Positions 17,586 through 26,980 of a stretch of 37,452 bases of DNA are shown in pieces. The stretch's first letter is position 1; every line of letters begins with the position of its first letter. A program made the translations under genes and the position numbers. This DNA comes from an uncultured Planctomycetales bacterium (GTDB lineage Bacteria; Omnitrophota; Gorgyraeia; Zapsychrales; JAHFFX01): assembly GCA_964571895.1 (NCBI GenBank), contig CAZNDW010000002.1, forward strand, positions 1 through 37,452. Direction: 5' to 3'. The notes beneath the pieces were generated by a model. That model did no database searches. It had not been told where the DNA came from and saw only the letters and a program-made list of their open reading frames with translations.

Positions 17586-17618
17586 GCTCGATTGTTCTCC
17601 TTAAACGAATCCCGATTA

Positions 17619-18581
17619 TCAAAGATAGGCATGATTTTTAAGATACCCGGCATAATCCTTCAGGGCATCCTCTAATTTTGTAAAGGGATGGCTGTAGCCG
17701 GCTGTTTTAAGCTTAGCCATATGCGCCTCGGTAAAATATTGATAGGTGGGTCTCATGCTTTCCGGCATCTCAATGTAATCGATTTGAGGCTGTCTCCCGA
17801 TGGCTGAAAATAAGGCGATGGCCAAATCATTCCAGGTGCGGGCCTGACCGGTTCCCACATTGTAGAGCCCGTTGATTGTGGGGTGCCCCCAGAGGTATAG
17901 CACAATATCCACCGCATCCTTCACATAAATAAAATCGCGCTTTTGCTCGCCGTCGGCGTATTGGGGAAGATAGGATTTAAATAAAGCCAGGCGTCCCTGA
18001 AGAATAACCTTGTCATAGGCCTTGGCAACGACGCTGCGCATTTCTCCTTTGTGATATTCGTTGGGGCCGAAGACGTTGAAAAATTTGAGTCCCGCCATCT
18101 GATCGATTAAGCCGTTATCCAGCACCCATTCGTCAAATCTCTGCTTGGACTCGCCGTAGAGGTTCAAGGGCTTCAAGCGGCGGGTCGTCTCGGGATCATC
18201 TTTGTAACCGAAACGCCCGTCCCCATAGGTCGCTGCTGAACTGGCATAGATGAGATGAACACCGTGCTTTAAGGACCAGCGGGCCACCTCACAGGAGTAT
18301 TCAAAATTATTTTTCATCAAATACTCAGCGTCGTTGATCAAGGTTGAGCTGCAAGCCCCCAAGTGGATGATGCCGGTGACGCGGTGATCGACTCGATCCT
18401 TTTTTAAGAGTTCCAAGAATTCTTCCTTATCAAAATACTGAGAATATTTTTTCCCTTTGAGATTGGGCTTTTTCAAGTCATTCATATGGTCAACCACAAT
18501 AATATCCTGGCGACCTACCTGATTCAGGCGGGCGATTAGGCAGCTGCCGATAAACCCCGCACCCCCGGTCACAACGATCAT
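17619..18581 (-). CDS. hldD: ADP-L-glycero-D-manno-heptose 6-epimerase
   Basis: 320 aa, collinear with recalled E. coli HldD/RfaD (MI.VTGGAGFIGS, H.GACSST, YASSAATYG, YG.SK, FNV.GP.E.HKG.M.SV, RDF.YV.D). Confidence 0.9.
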   Translation of the reverse strand: MIVVTGGAGFIGSCLIARLNQVGRQDIIVVDHMNDLKKPNLKGKKYSQYFDKEEFLELLKKDRVDHRVTGIIHLGACSSTLINDAEYLMKNNFEYSCEVARWSLKHGVHLIYASSAATYGDGRFGYKDDPETTRRLKPLNLYGESKQRFDEWVLDNGLIDQMAGLKFFNVFGPNEYHKGEMRSVVAKAYDKVILQGRLALFKSYLPQYADGEQKRDFIYVKDAVDIVLYLWGHPTINGLYNVGTGQARTWNDLAIALFSAIGRQPQIDYIEMPESMRPTYQYFTEAHMAKLKTAGYSHPFTKLEDALKDYAGYLKNHAYL

Positions 18582-18593
18582 ACACCCTCGACT

Positions 18594-18617
18594 GAGATTA
18601 TATTTGAGATTATATTT
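18594..18617. repeat. Perfect tandem 12-mer (GAGATTATATTT x2) just upstream of the hldD start
   Basis: On the minus strand this reads AAATATAATCTC twice, and each copy contains TATAAT. The second copy ends 12 nt before the hldD ATG. Confidence 0.85.
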
Positions 18618-18682
18618 CGCTGATTAACGACGGAATTCTAACACACCGATTTTTGGGGCTCAAGGGATTTCCTGTCTCTTTA

Positions 18683-18691
18683 ATTATAGCA
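18683..18691 (-). promoter_or_regulatory. Candidate extended -10 promoter (TGcTATAAT) for hldD
   Basis: The minus strand reads TGCTATAAT, about 100 nt upstream of the hldD ATG and just after the malQ stop. No good -35 element, which is consistent with the extended -10 class. Confidence 0.3.
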
Positions 18692-18695
18692 CTGA

Positions 18696-20219
18696 TTATT
18701 GCCGTTGCGGGATTCGGTCAGTATTGGCCGTCACGGATAGAAGTCTCTCCTGAAGCTCCGGATTGATGAACCCCGGTAAAAGACGCCACTCCCAGTTGCC
18801 TTTGGTCGTGGCCGGAGTATTCATCCGTCCCTCCTGGCCGAGTCCTAAAATATCCTGCATGGGAATAATCGCCAGATCAGCCTTAGACTTCATCGCGAGC
18901 TCGATCAAAACCCAAGATATGTCTTCGACCCCCACCGTTCTTCCCAGATATTCAAACAAATTTTTACCCTCGTGGGGGGTCATGTCATGTTCGAACCAGC
19001 CTCTCACCGTGTTGTTATCGTGCGTGCCGGTATAGACTACACAATCGTGGGTATAATTCTCTGGAAGATAAGGATGAGTTTTCAGATCACCCCCAAATGC
19101 AAAAAGCAAGACCTTCATGCCCGGCAGCCCCAACCGCATCCTGACCGAGGCCACATCCGGGGTAATCAACCCCAGGTCTTCAGCGATCAAGGGCCGGTGG
19201 GGAAACTGGCTTAAGATGCAATTGAAAAAGTCTTCGGTAGGGGCTTTCACCCATTGCCCGTGGACAGCCGTCTTTTCTTGGGCTGGGATTTCCCAAAAGG
19301 CAATAAAGCCCCGGAAATGATCGATCCGCAGGAGATCAAACATCTTGAGATTATGCTCAAAGCGTCTTAGCCACCAGGCATAATGGGTTTCCTTTAAATG
19401 ATCCCATTGATAAATGGGATTTCCCCAACGCTGTCCGGTCTTGCTGAAATAATCCGGGGGAACGCCGGCCACCACCAGGGGTTGACCTTGCGGATCCAGC
19501 TTAAAAAGTCCCGGGTGGGACCAGACATCGGCACTGTCCCAATTGACATAGATGGGCATATCTCCGATGAGTTTTACCTTTGCGTGCTCGCAGTGACGCT
19601 TGAGGCCCAACCATTGTTTACAAAAGACATACTGCAAAAACTTTGTTTTTTCAATCTCCTCTGAAAAAAGGTTTTTGATTTTTGCGAGGGCCTCCCCTTT
19701 ACGGTTCCTGATCTCCACAGGCCAATCCGACCAAACCCTGCCTCCAAAATGTTTTTTTAAAGATTGGAAAACGGCAAAATCGTCCAACCAATCCTGGTTT
19801 TCCTGACAAAATGCTTCATAGTCGGAGGAATCCTTTTTACTTTTCTTAAAGCCAATGAAGGCGGCCTCTGAAACCTTGGCCTTATATTTTCTGACACTGT
19901 CATAATCAACTCTTCCTTCCGAAAAACGGGGAATGGGCTTAAGGTCCTTTTCTTGAAGCCAGCCTTCTGGAACCATTCCATCGGGGCTAAGAAAAAGCGG
20001 TTCAAAAGCAAAGGCGGAAATACTGCTGTACGGAGAGTTTCCAAAGACGCCATCCGTTGGATTAAAGGGCAAAACCTGCCAGTTGTGCTGGCCGCAGCCC
20101 GCCATAAAATCGACAAACCGATAGGCCCCAGGGCCCAGATCTCCGATCCCATATAAAGAAGGCAAAGAACTGATATGCAGGAGAATACCGCTTTCTCTCA
20201 ATTGTCTCGATTCCAACAT
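18696..20219 (-). CDS. malQ: 4-alpha-glucanotransferase (amylomaltase, GH77)
   Basis: 507 aa. The N-terminus GILLHISSLPS.YGIGDLG, plus DMPIYV, RIDHFRGF, EDLG and THDN, are typical of MalQ. Confidence 0.9.
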   Translation of the reverse strand: MLESRQLRESGILLHISSLPSLYGIGDLGPGAYRFVDFMAGCGQHNWQVLPFNPTDGVFGNSPYSSISAFAFEPLFLSPDGMVPEGWLQEKDLKPIPRFSEGRVDYDSVRKYKAKVSEAAFIGFKKSKKDSSDYEAFCQENQDWLDDFAVFQSLKKHFGGRVWSDWPVEIRNRKGEALAKIKNLFSEEIEKTKFLQYVFCKQWLGLKRHCEHAKVKLIGDMPIYVNWDSADVWSHPGLFKLDPQGQPLVVAGVPPDYFSKTGQRWGNPIYQWDHLKETHYAWWLRRFEHNLKMFDLLRIDHFRGFIAFWEIPAQEKTAVHGQWVKAPTEDFFNCILSQFPHRPLIAEDLGLITPDVASVRMRLGLPGMKVLLFAFGGDLKTHPYLPENYTHDCVVYTGTHDNNTVRGWFEHDMTPHEGKNLFEYLGRTVGVEDISWVLIELAMKSKADLAIIPMQDILGLGQEGRMNTPATTKGNWEWRLLPGFINPELQERLLSVTANTDRIPQRQ

Positions 20220-22526
20220 TTACGAAGTTCTAATGTGAAGATAACCCCCCAAACTATCAAAGGATCTGATCCAGCTCTGGGCGGTTGTGTCTTCCCGGTT
20301 GGCTTTAAGGAGCATCATCTGAGGATAGATCTGGTTTTTAATCCAGAAATAGATATTCTGCGATTTCCATAAATCGAGATGCAAAGGCAGCATTTTAAAA
20401 AGGCGTACCGTTGAATTTATCATTTCCAATAAAGAAAGATTCTCGGGATTTTGAGAAAATTGCAGCATAAGGTTTTGGATCTTCTGGCTGGCCGCAAAAC
20501 TTAAAATAGTCCTGTCCAATTCAAAATGCCCCTGTTTAATCTCCTCAATAAACTCCGACACCTTCGAAAGATCTAAGACATCCTCTTCCAGGAGCCTCTT
20601 AAAATGCCAATTGGGATTGAATTCAACGGTCTTAAAATTGGGGGCAAACACCCGATGAAAAAGATTCTCTTCATCATTCTTAAAAACATCCCATAAAGAG
20701 TAGCTTTGTCCACCGACCTCCACACGGACCCGGGAGTCTCCCGGATCAAAGACCACCAGATCCAACTCCTCTTCTTCTGTTGTGATCTCAGAGCGAACCC
20801 GAAGCTGCCCGGCAATGACTTGGTGATGATCCTTCTCTTGGGGGATCCACCTTGTCCTTTGGATCGTGTACGAGTACATCCTTGTGACCGGAGGATACTG
20901 CGAAACCAAAGACATCAAGGCATAATGGACGGCCACCCGCTGGGGTGTAATGATCTGGGGTTTAATCAACTTTTCATAAACGCAAGCCCCATGACCAAAT
21001 TCCGGAACGTTACTGGGTGCTGATTTTAAAAACTGCAGAAACTCCGGCTCCATATCTTTTTCAGCAATCTCCCGGGCCAACTGAATGGCCCGGGCCGCAT
21101 ACAGCATCACCTGTCTTGCTTCAATCCCCGAGATCTCATCAAAAAACCAACCGCAGCTTGTCTGCATCAAAAGCGCATTGCGCTGGAGCTCCAAGAGCTT
21201 TAAGATTTTGACTCGTTCGACGGCATCCCAGCTCCGCCCTTCAAAGGGCGGACTGGGATGCCGCTCAGAGTCAATCCTGAGCGAAGTCGAAGGATTGATT
21301 TTATCGGAAGCGCTTAAGCTCTGGCCAAAGGTTTGTTGAAAAAATTCCGCGACGTTTTTTTCAGATCGATCCAAAACGGCATGAATGTAGTCGTTGCGGA
21401 CTCTCCAGGGATCCCCAGTGAACTTCAACATCTGCGTCTCATAAATAGGAATGAGTTCATCCCTCAGCCAATCGAGTCCCTCACGCAATTTCCCCCGCCA
21501 CTGCTGGCTCCAACTAGGATGCGTTCCGATCCGGCAGCCGCAGTTGGCCCGCCAGCGTTCTACGCCGTGGCTGCAGCTCCAGGATGTATTTTCCAAAATT
21601 CTGACTTCCCTTGTTGGGGGAAACTTTTCCAGAAATTCCCCGTAAACGGTGAGCCGTCCTAATTTTTCCGACTGAATATAATCCAAACAATGGGCCAGAG
21701 CCATATCCCCAAAGGGATGATGATGACCGTAGGTCTCCCCATCGGTTGCGACGTGGGTCAGATGCGGATGTCCTGGCCGAGACGCCGGGGCCGCCGCCAA
21801 TCGCCGGGCGAACTCTTCTCCGTTTTTAAGAAGACCCCCAAAGGCCACATGATGGGAGATAGAGCCTTCATAGAAAAAAAGCACGATGGATCTTCCGGAG
21901 GGCAGATGGCACAGATACGGCTGGCTGGGATCAATTCTCCCGCCGCTCACGTCTTTCCATTCATTTTCGTGAAAGGCCTTGACCGAACGGGCCTGATGGG
22001 GGCTAAGGATGGTGAATGGGATATGGTTTTGGGAGAGAATCTCCAGGGTCTCAAGATCTACGGCTGTTTCCGGAAGCCACATCCCTTCGGGTCTTCGCTT
22101 AAAACGGTGTTCGAAATCTTGAATACCCCAGACCACTTGGGTTTCTTTATCTTTTTTGTTGGCCAGCGGCATAATGACGTGGTTGTAGGCCTGGCCCAAG
22201 GCCGCGCCGTGACCGGAAAAATTTCTCTGACCCTCTTTGTCCGCTTCGAGGATCGCTTGGTAAACTTCGGGATGTTTTTGTTCCATCCAAGACAGTAAGG
22301 TCGGGCCGAAGTTAAAGCTGATCTTGGCATAATTATTGACGATCGTGATCGATTTCTTCTTAGGATCCACGAAGCGGCACAAGCCATTGGCGGCGTAACA
22401 TTCTTGGGTGATCCTTTCGTTCCAATTCCGATAGGGAAAGGCCGACTCCTGAATCTCAATTTCTTCCAGCCAGGGATTTTCCCGAGGGGGTTGATAGAAA
22501 TGACCGTGGATGCAGAGGAATTTCAA
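20220..22526 (-). CDS. GH57-family glycoside hydrolase with C-terminal DUF3536-type extension
   Basis: 768 aa. The N-terminus MKFLCIHGHFYQPPRENPW is the GH57 signature start. The long C-terminal region matches the layout I associate with DUF3536 proteins. Its stop abuts the malQ start (20219/20220). Confidence 0.75.
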   Translation of the reverse strand: MKFLCIHGHFYQPPRENPWLEEIEIQESAFPYRNWNERITQECYAANGLCRFVDPKKKSITIVNNYAKISFNFGPTLLSWMEQKHPEVYQAILEADKEGQRNFSGHGAALGQAYNHVIMPLANKKDKETQVVWGIQDFEHRFKRRPEGMWLPETAVDLETLEILSQNHIPFTILSPHQARSVKAFHENEWKDVSGGRIDPSQPYLCHLPSGRSIVLFFYEGSISHHVAFGGLLKNGEEFARRLAAAPASRPGHPHLTHVATDGETYGHHHPFGDMALAHCLDYIQSEKLGRLTVYGEFLEKFPPTREVRILENTSWSCSHGVERWRANCGCRIGTHPSWSQQWRGKLREGLDWLRDELIPIYETQMLKFTGDPWRVRNDYIHAVLDRSEKNVAEFFQQTFGQSLSASDKINPSTSLRIDSERHPSPPFEGRSWDAVERVKILKLLELQRNALLMQTSCGWFFDEISGIEARQVMLYAARAIQLAREIAEKDMEPEFLQFLKSAPSNVPEFGHGACVYEKLIKPQIITPQRVAVHYALMSLVSQYPPVTRMYSYTIQRTRWIPQEKDHHQVIAGQLRVRSEITTEEEELDLVVFDPGDSRVRVEVGGQSYSLWDVFKNDEENLFHRVFAPNFKTVEFNPNWHFKRLLEEDVLDLSKVSEFIEEIKQGHFELDRTILSFAASQKIQNLMLQFSQNPENLSLLEMINSTVRLFKMLPLHLDLWKSQNIYFWIKNQIYPQMMLLKANREDTTAQSWIRSFDSLGGYLHIRTS

Positions 22527-24127
22527 GTGACCTTCCTAAAATAATGGGCACAGTTGATATTGGGAAAAATATTATCTTTCTGCTCGATCTGGTTTAACCA
22601 ATGCTCATCAATTGTGCCGCCCAATAGATCACGATAAATCCGGCTGAAGCGGTTTAAGTGATTTTTGATCCGGCGCTTAGCGTAAGGGACCGTGGTCCCG
22701 CTTTTCATAATAAACGGCCAGTCGCTGGCCTGGGCCAGGAGGAGCTCCCGGCCGGCCTGATTCAAAGCCCGTTGGATTAAAGGATTCTTTCTTCCTCCAG
22801 AAAGAAATCGGTCGGCCAGTTGGGTCATTCGTTTTCCCGCCAGATGAAGGTGCCGATAAATCCAATCGTTGGAACCCTCAATCCAATATTCGTTATAGCC
22901 TTTGTATCCCCAACTCGAGGGGGATGGATAAACAACCTGATTGGTCGGGTATTCTTTGAGGTATTCGGAGGGGGTGATGGGTGAAAGCGTTCCGCCGTTG
23001 TGCGCAATCTTGCGAAGAAGGGCATCCAGCCACAGCGGCCCCTCGAACCACCAATGGCCAAAAAGCTCCGCGTCATAAGGGGCCACAAGAATCGGTTTTC
23101 GATCCATCTGAGAGCTGAGATATTTGATTTGTCTTTGACGATTGGCCATAAAATGATCCGCATGCAGGGCTGCTTTCTGGGCAGCCCCTTCCGGCCGATA
23201 AACTTCCTTCTCTTCCGTTGGACCGGTGATTCGCCAGTACTTCAAGCCCGTATTGATACGAAAACCCTGCGGACGAAGGTAGGGCTTAAGATATTCATAC
23301 TCCAACTCGTATCCAATATCCCGGTAATACTCCCGGTAATCCGGATCCCCGGGATAGCCTTCCCGACTACTCCAGACCTGCTTGGAAGACTCCCAATCCC
23401 GGCCAAAGGCCGCTACCCCATTAGGGCAATACACTGGGGCATAAATACTATACCGTGGGCAAGGATCTCCGTGAGTGATCCCATGGGAATCAACAAAAAA
23501 GTAGCGAAGCCCGGTTTCTTTGAGAATTTCCTCAACCCCGCGGAAGTAAGCGCATTCCGGAAGCCAGATCCCTTGGGGTTGACATCCAAAGATATTTTGG
23601 TAGTGCTTGACCCCCAGACAAATTTGGGCCCGGACGCTTTCGGGATTGGCATTTAAAACTGGGAGAACACCGTGTGTGGCGCACGAGGCAATGATCTCCA
23701 TATATCCTTGGTTCTGAAAATTCTTGAAGGCAGCCACAAGATCATTTTGGTAACGATCCACAAAAACCTCTTTGGCCTTATGCAGTCTTTGGTTATACAT
23801 GAGGGCCAGGTGGCTATACTGCGGCTGGTCGTGGGTGCGTTCGATTTCTTTACAGGAGAGCTCGATCAACCTTTCGAGATGGCGAATGTACCGGCTCTGC
23901 AGCAAGGGATCCCGCAGCATAGAAACGAGTGTGGGGCTCAAAGACATGGTCAACCGGAAGAAAACGCCCTCTTGGATCAACTGTTCAAAAACCTCAATTA
24001 AAGGGATGTACGTCTCGGTGATGGCTTCGTAGAGCCAATTCTCCTCAAGAAAATACTCTTCCTCAGGATGACGCACAAAGGGCAGATGGGCATGCAGCAC
24101 CAGACACAAGTATCCGTTGTCTTTCAT
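22523..24127 (-). CDS. GH57-family 1,4-alpha-glucan branching enzyme-like protein
   Basis: 534 aa with LVLHAHLPFVRHPE, GFWLPECAY-type (GIWLPECAY) and APYDAELFGHWW motifs, as in characterised GH57 branching enzymes of Thermus and Thermococcus. It overlaps the next gene by 4 nt. Confidence 0.8.
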   Translation of the reverse strand: MKDNGYLCLVLHAHLPFVRHPEEEYFLEENWLYEAITETYIPLIEVFEQLIQEGVFFRLTMSLSPTLVSMLRDPLLQSRYIRHLERLIELSCKEIERTHDQPQYSHLALMYNQRLHKAKEVFVDRYQNDLVAAFKNFQNQGYMEIIASCATHGVLPVLNANPESVRAQICLGVKHYQNIFGCQPQGIWLPECAYFRGVEEILKETGLRYFFVDSHGITHGDPCPRYSIYAPVYCPNGVAAFGRDWESSKQVWSSREGYPGDPDYREYYRDIGYELEYEYLKPYLRPQGFRINTGLKYWRITGPTEEKEVYRPEGAAQKAALHADHFMANRQRQIKYLSSQMDRKPILVAPYDAELFGHWWFEGPLWLDALLRKIAHNGGTLSPITPSEYLKEYPTNQVVYPSPSSWGYKGYNEYWIEGSNDWIYRHLHLAGKRMTQLADRFLSGGRKNPLIQRALNQAGRELLLAQASDWPFIMKSGTTVPYAKRRIKNHLNRFSRIYRDLLGGTIDEHWLNQIEQKDNIFPNINCAHYFRKVT

Positions 24128-24918
24128 CTTTTCTCGTGAACAAAATCACTGGCCCTGGCTCTTTGACTTTTCTCCCGCTCCCTTTCTCCGGCAAGTCTTA
24201 AACGATCAAATCTCTTGCCATACGAGGCCTTCAATCGATCCGCAAGAAGATCTCGCAGCCGCGGCCCGGGTCGTTCATAATAGCGGCGGATATCTTCTCG
24301 ACTGAGATAAATTCTTTTTCCTTTCTTAATGGAGGAATAAGAAAGATCTTGATGAACTCCTTTTTTGGAGGAAGGCTTAACCGTCATCCAAATTTCCTCT
24401 GTCTGGGCCGAGGGGTGAGCGGACGGGGTCTCCACGGTATTGGACCGGACCAAAGGAAAAAACTCTTCCTTTTTTGTCTTTAGACCAATCTCGACACAGC
24501 ATTGGATCCCATCCTGCCATAAAGGAATGTGCCGGTTGTCTGCCTTGCCCACCTCAATGTCAAAAGATCTGTTGGCATTTTTGCCGTTAAACTCGAGGTG
24601 GGTGATATCGTATACCCGAAGAACCCTGATCGCCTTGGAAAACGCCTTTTTCATCTTTGCTTTGAGTTTCTCAAAATCTTTTGGGGTGATTTCCCAAGCG
24701 GCAAAAATCCAATAGGGATCCCTCACCATCAGCCAAAGCGTGGCGGCCTGACCGGGAGAGGTTTTCTTGAGTGTTGAGCTGCGGGGTCTCGGGGGTCGGG
24801 AAACGGTTTTCTTTTTCCGGGAAACGGCCTTTTTTTTCTGGAAGACTGTCTTCTTTTTCATGGGTCTTTTTCCCATGGGACTACCCTTTTTACGGATTAT
24901 GGTTTTAATTTTTGCCAA
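24124..24918 (-). CDS. DUF4912-like protein with a poly-basic repetitive N-terminus
   Basis: 264 aa. The first ~55 aa are K/R-rich with a 7-aa repeat (KKKAVSR KKKTVSR) encoded by a 21-nt tandem repeat (24797-24838). The core W.M.RDPYW.FA.WEI matches what I recall of DUF4912. An ATGA overlap joins it to the GH57 branching enzyme gene. Confidence 0.65.
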   Translation of the reverse strand: MAKIKTIIRKKGSPMGKRPMKKKTVFQKKKAVSRKKKTVSRPPRPRSSTLKKTSPGQAATLWLMVRDPYWIFAAWEITPKDFEKLKAKMKKAFSKAIRVLRVYDITHLEFNGKNANRSFDIEVGKADNRHIPLWQDGIQCCVEIGLKTKKEEFFPLVRSNTVETPSAHPSAQTEEIWMTVKPSSKKGVHQDLSYSSIKKGKRIYLSREDIRRYYERPGPRLRDLLADRLKASYGKRFDRLRLAGEREREKSQRARASDFVHEKR

Positions 24919-24931
24919 TTGTCACCCCCTT

Positions 24932-26905
24932 CTAATTTTCTTGGAGTTCCAAAAATAGAATCCCCAAAGGCGGCAGCGTTAAAGACAAAGAAAATTCCCT
25001 CCCCTGGTAAGGGGAAGCCGTGGAAGATTGTCCACCCCCATTCCCTTGATTGCTTCCTCCGTAAATTGCGGCATCGCTATTTAAAACTTCTTTAAAGAAA
25101 CCCTGCTTCGAAACCCCCACCGAATAGTTCAACCGCACAACCGGAGTAAAATTGCAGACAACCAGGATTTCTTTTTTACCGGATGAATCTTTCCTAAGAA
25201 AGCTTAAGATGCTATTTTCCCAGTCATTGCAGTCGATCCACTCAAATCCATAACACGAGAAATCTTCCGCATAGAGCGCTGGATGGCTGCAGTACAAATT
25301 GTTGAGGTCCTTGACCCATTGCCTCAACGCTTGGTGGGGGCTATATTGCACGAGATGCCAGTCCAAGCTCTTTTCATGATCCCATTCTGACCACTGCCCG
25401 AATTCTCCTCCCATAAAGAGCAGTTTTTTCCCGGGATGAGCATACTGGTAGCCGTACAAAAGCCGGAGGTTGGCGAATTTCTGCCAGTCATCACCCGGCA
25501 TCTTGCCCAAGAGCGAACTCTTTCCATGAACGACCTCATCATGCGAAAGCGACAAAACGAAATTTTCGTTAAAGGCATAGAGCATACTAAAGGTCAAGTC
25601 GTTGTGATGGTATTTGCGATGAATGGGATCTTTAGAGAAGTAGGATAACGTATCGTGCATCCATCCCATATTCCACTTCATCCCAAATCCCAGCCCTCCC
25701 AGGTAGGTCGGTTTGGAAACCATGGGCCAGGCGGTCGATTCCTCGGCAATCATTTGGCAGTCCGGGTAATACTCATAGACCACTTTGTTCAATTGCTTAA
25801 GAAAACGGATGGCGTCGATATTTTCCCGTCCCCCATACGGATTGGGAATCCATTCGCCATCCTGGCGGGAGTAGTCCAGATAAAGCATTGAGGCCACCGC
25901 ATCCACCCGCAGGCCGTCGGCATGGTATTTGTCCAGCCAAAACAAAGCGCTGGAGATCAAAAATTCACTCACCTCGTGACGTCCGTGGTTAAAGATGTAG
26001 CTTTTCCAATCGGGATGGAACCCTTGACGGGGATCGGCGTGCTCATAAAGATGCGTGCCGTCAAAATCAGCCAATCCGTGCTCATCCACCGGAAAATGCG
26101 AGGGAACCCAATCGAGGATCACGCCGATCCCCTTTTGATGAAGGCAATCCACCAGATACATCAACTCCTGCGGAGTTCCATACCAGGCGGTCGGTGCAAA
26201 ATACCCGATCGTCTGATAGCCCCACGACCCGTAAAAGGGATGGTTCATGACGGGCATAAACTCGACATGGGTGAAGCCCATCTCCTTAAGATAATCCACC
26301 AAATATCCGGCCAGCTCCCGATACGAAAGGAACCGGTGCTTTTCCTCAACCATCCGGCGCCATGACCCAAGATGCATTTCATAAATGGATACGGGAGAAT
26401 TCAACTGATTCGGCCGGTGACGCTCTTTCATCCACCGCCTGTCATGCCATTGATAATCCAGACCCCAGACCAGGGAGGCGGTTTGTGGGGGAATCTCCCC
26501 GTAAAAGGCAAACGGATCTGCTTTAGCCATCCGATCATGATGCTTCGAGATGATGGAATATTTATAGAGAGACCCCTCGGTTAAGCCCAGAATAAATCCT
26601 TCCCAAATGCCGGAGCTGTCCCAACGGGCCGACAAGGGATGGGCTTGGGGGTCCCACCCATTGAAGTCTCCCACAACCGAGACGTCTTGGGCATTGGGGG
26701 CCCACACCGCGAAATGAACCCCCGGCACACCATTCACGGTTTGGAGCTGACTACCCAGCTTCTCATATAAGCGAAAGTGCAGTCCGGCCTTGAAAAGATA
26801 AATATCATGGTCGGAAATAGGGCTTTTGTCGTGGACAAGGGTGGGAAACTTCGTGTCATTGGGGATTGCGGGGGTAACTTTTCTTATTGAATTAAAATCG
26901 TTCAT
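24932..26905 (-). CDS. glgB: 1,4-alpha-glucan branching enzyme GlgB (GH13)
   Basis: GH13 conserved regions are present ([35 protein letters not shown]) after a CBM48-like N-terminus. The start is set at MNDFNSIRK (ATG 26905). The track ORF extends to 27163 only because the frame stays open through the upstream palindrome. Confidence 0.9.
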   Translation of the reverse strand: MNDFNSIRKVTPAIPNDTKFPTLVHDKSPISDHDIYLFKAGLHFRLYEKLGSQLQTVNGVPGVHFAVWAPNAQDVSVVGDFNGWDPQAHPLSARWDSSGIWEGFILGLTEGSLYKYSIISKHHDRMAKADPFAFYGEIPPQTASLVWGLDYQWHDRRWMKERHRPNQLNSPVSIYEMHLGSWRRMVEEKHRFLSYRELAGYLVDYLKEMGFTHVEFMPVMNHPFYGSWGYQTIGYFAPTAWYGTPQELMYLVDCLHQKGIGVILDWVPSHFPVDEHGLADFDGTHLYEHADPRQGFHPDWKSYIFNHGRHEVSEFLISSALFWLDKYHADGLRVDAVASMLYLDYSRQDGEWIPNPYGGRENIDAIRFLKQLNKVVYEYYPDCQMIAEESTAWPMVSKPTYLGGLGFGMKWNMGWMHDTLSYFSKDPIHRKYHHNDLTFSMLYAFNENFVLSLSHDEVVHGKSSLLGKMPGDDWQKFANLRLLYGYQYAHPGKKLLFMGGEFGQWSEWDHEKSLDWHLVQYSPHQALRQWVKDLNNLYCSHPALYAEDFSCYGFEWIDCNDWENSILSFLRKDSSGKKEILVVCNFTPVVRLNYSVGVSKQGFFKEVLNSDAAIYGGSNQGNGGGQSSTASPYQGREFSLSLTLPPLGILFLELQEN

Positions 26906-26980
26906 TATAATATTCTCTAAGAAGTATTTAAAAAGATTAATTCTATTATAGCTTTTTGAGAGAGGATTTTCAAAGATTAA

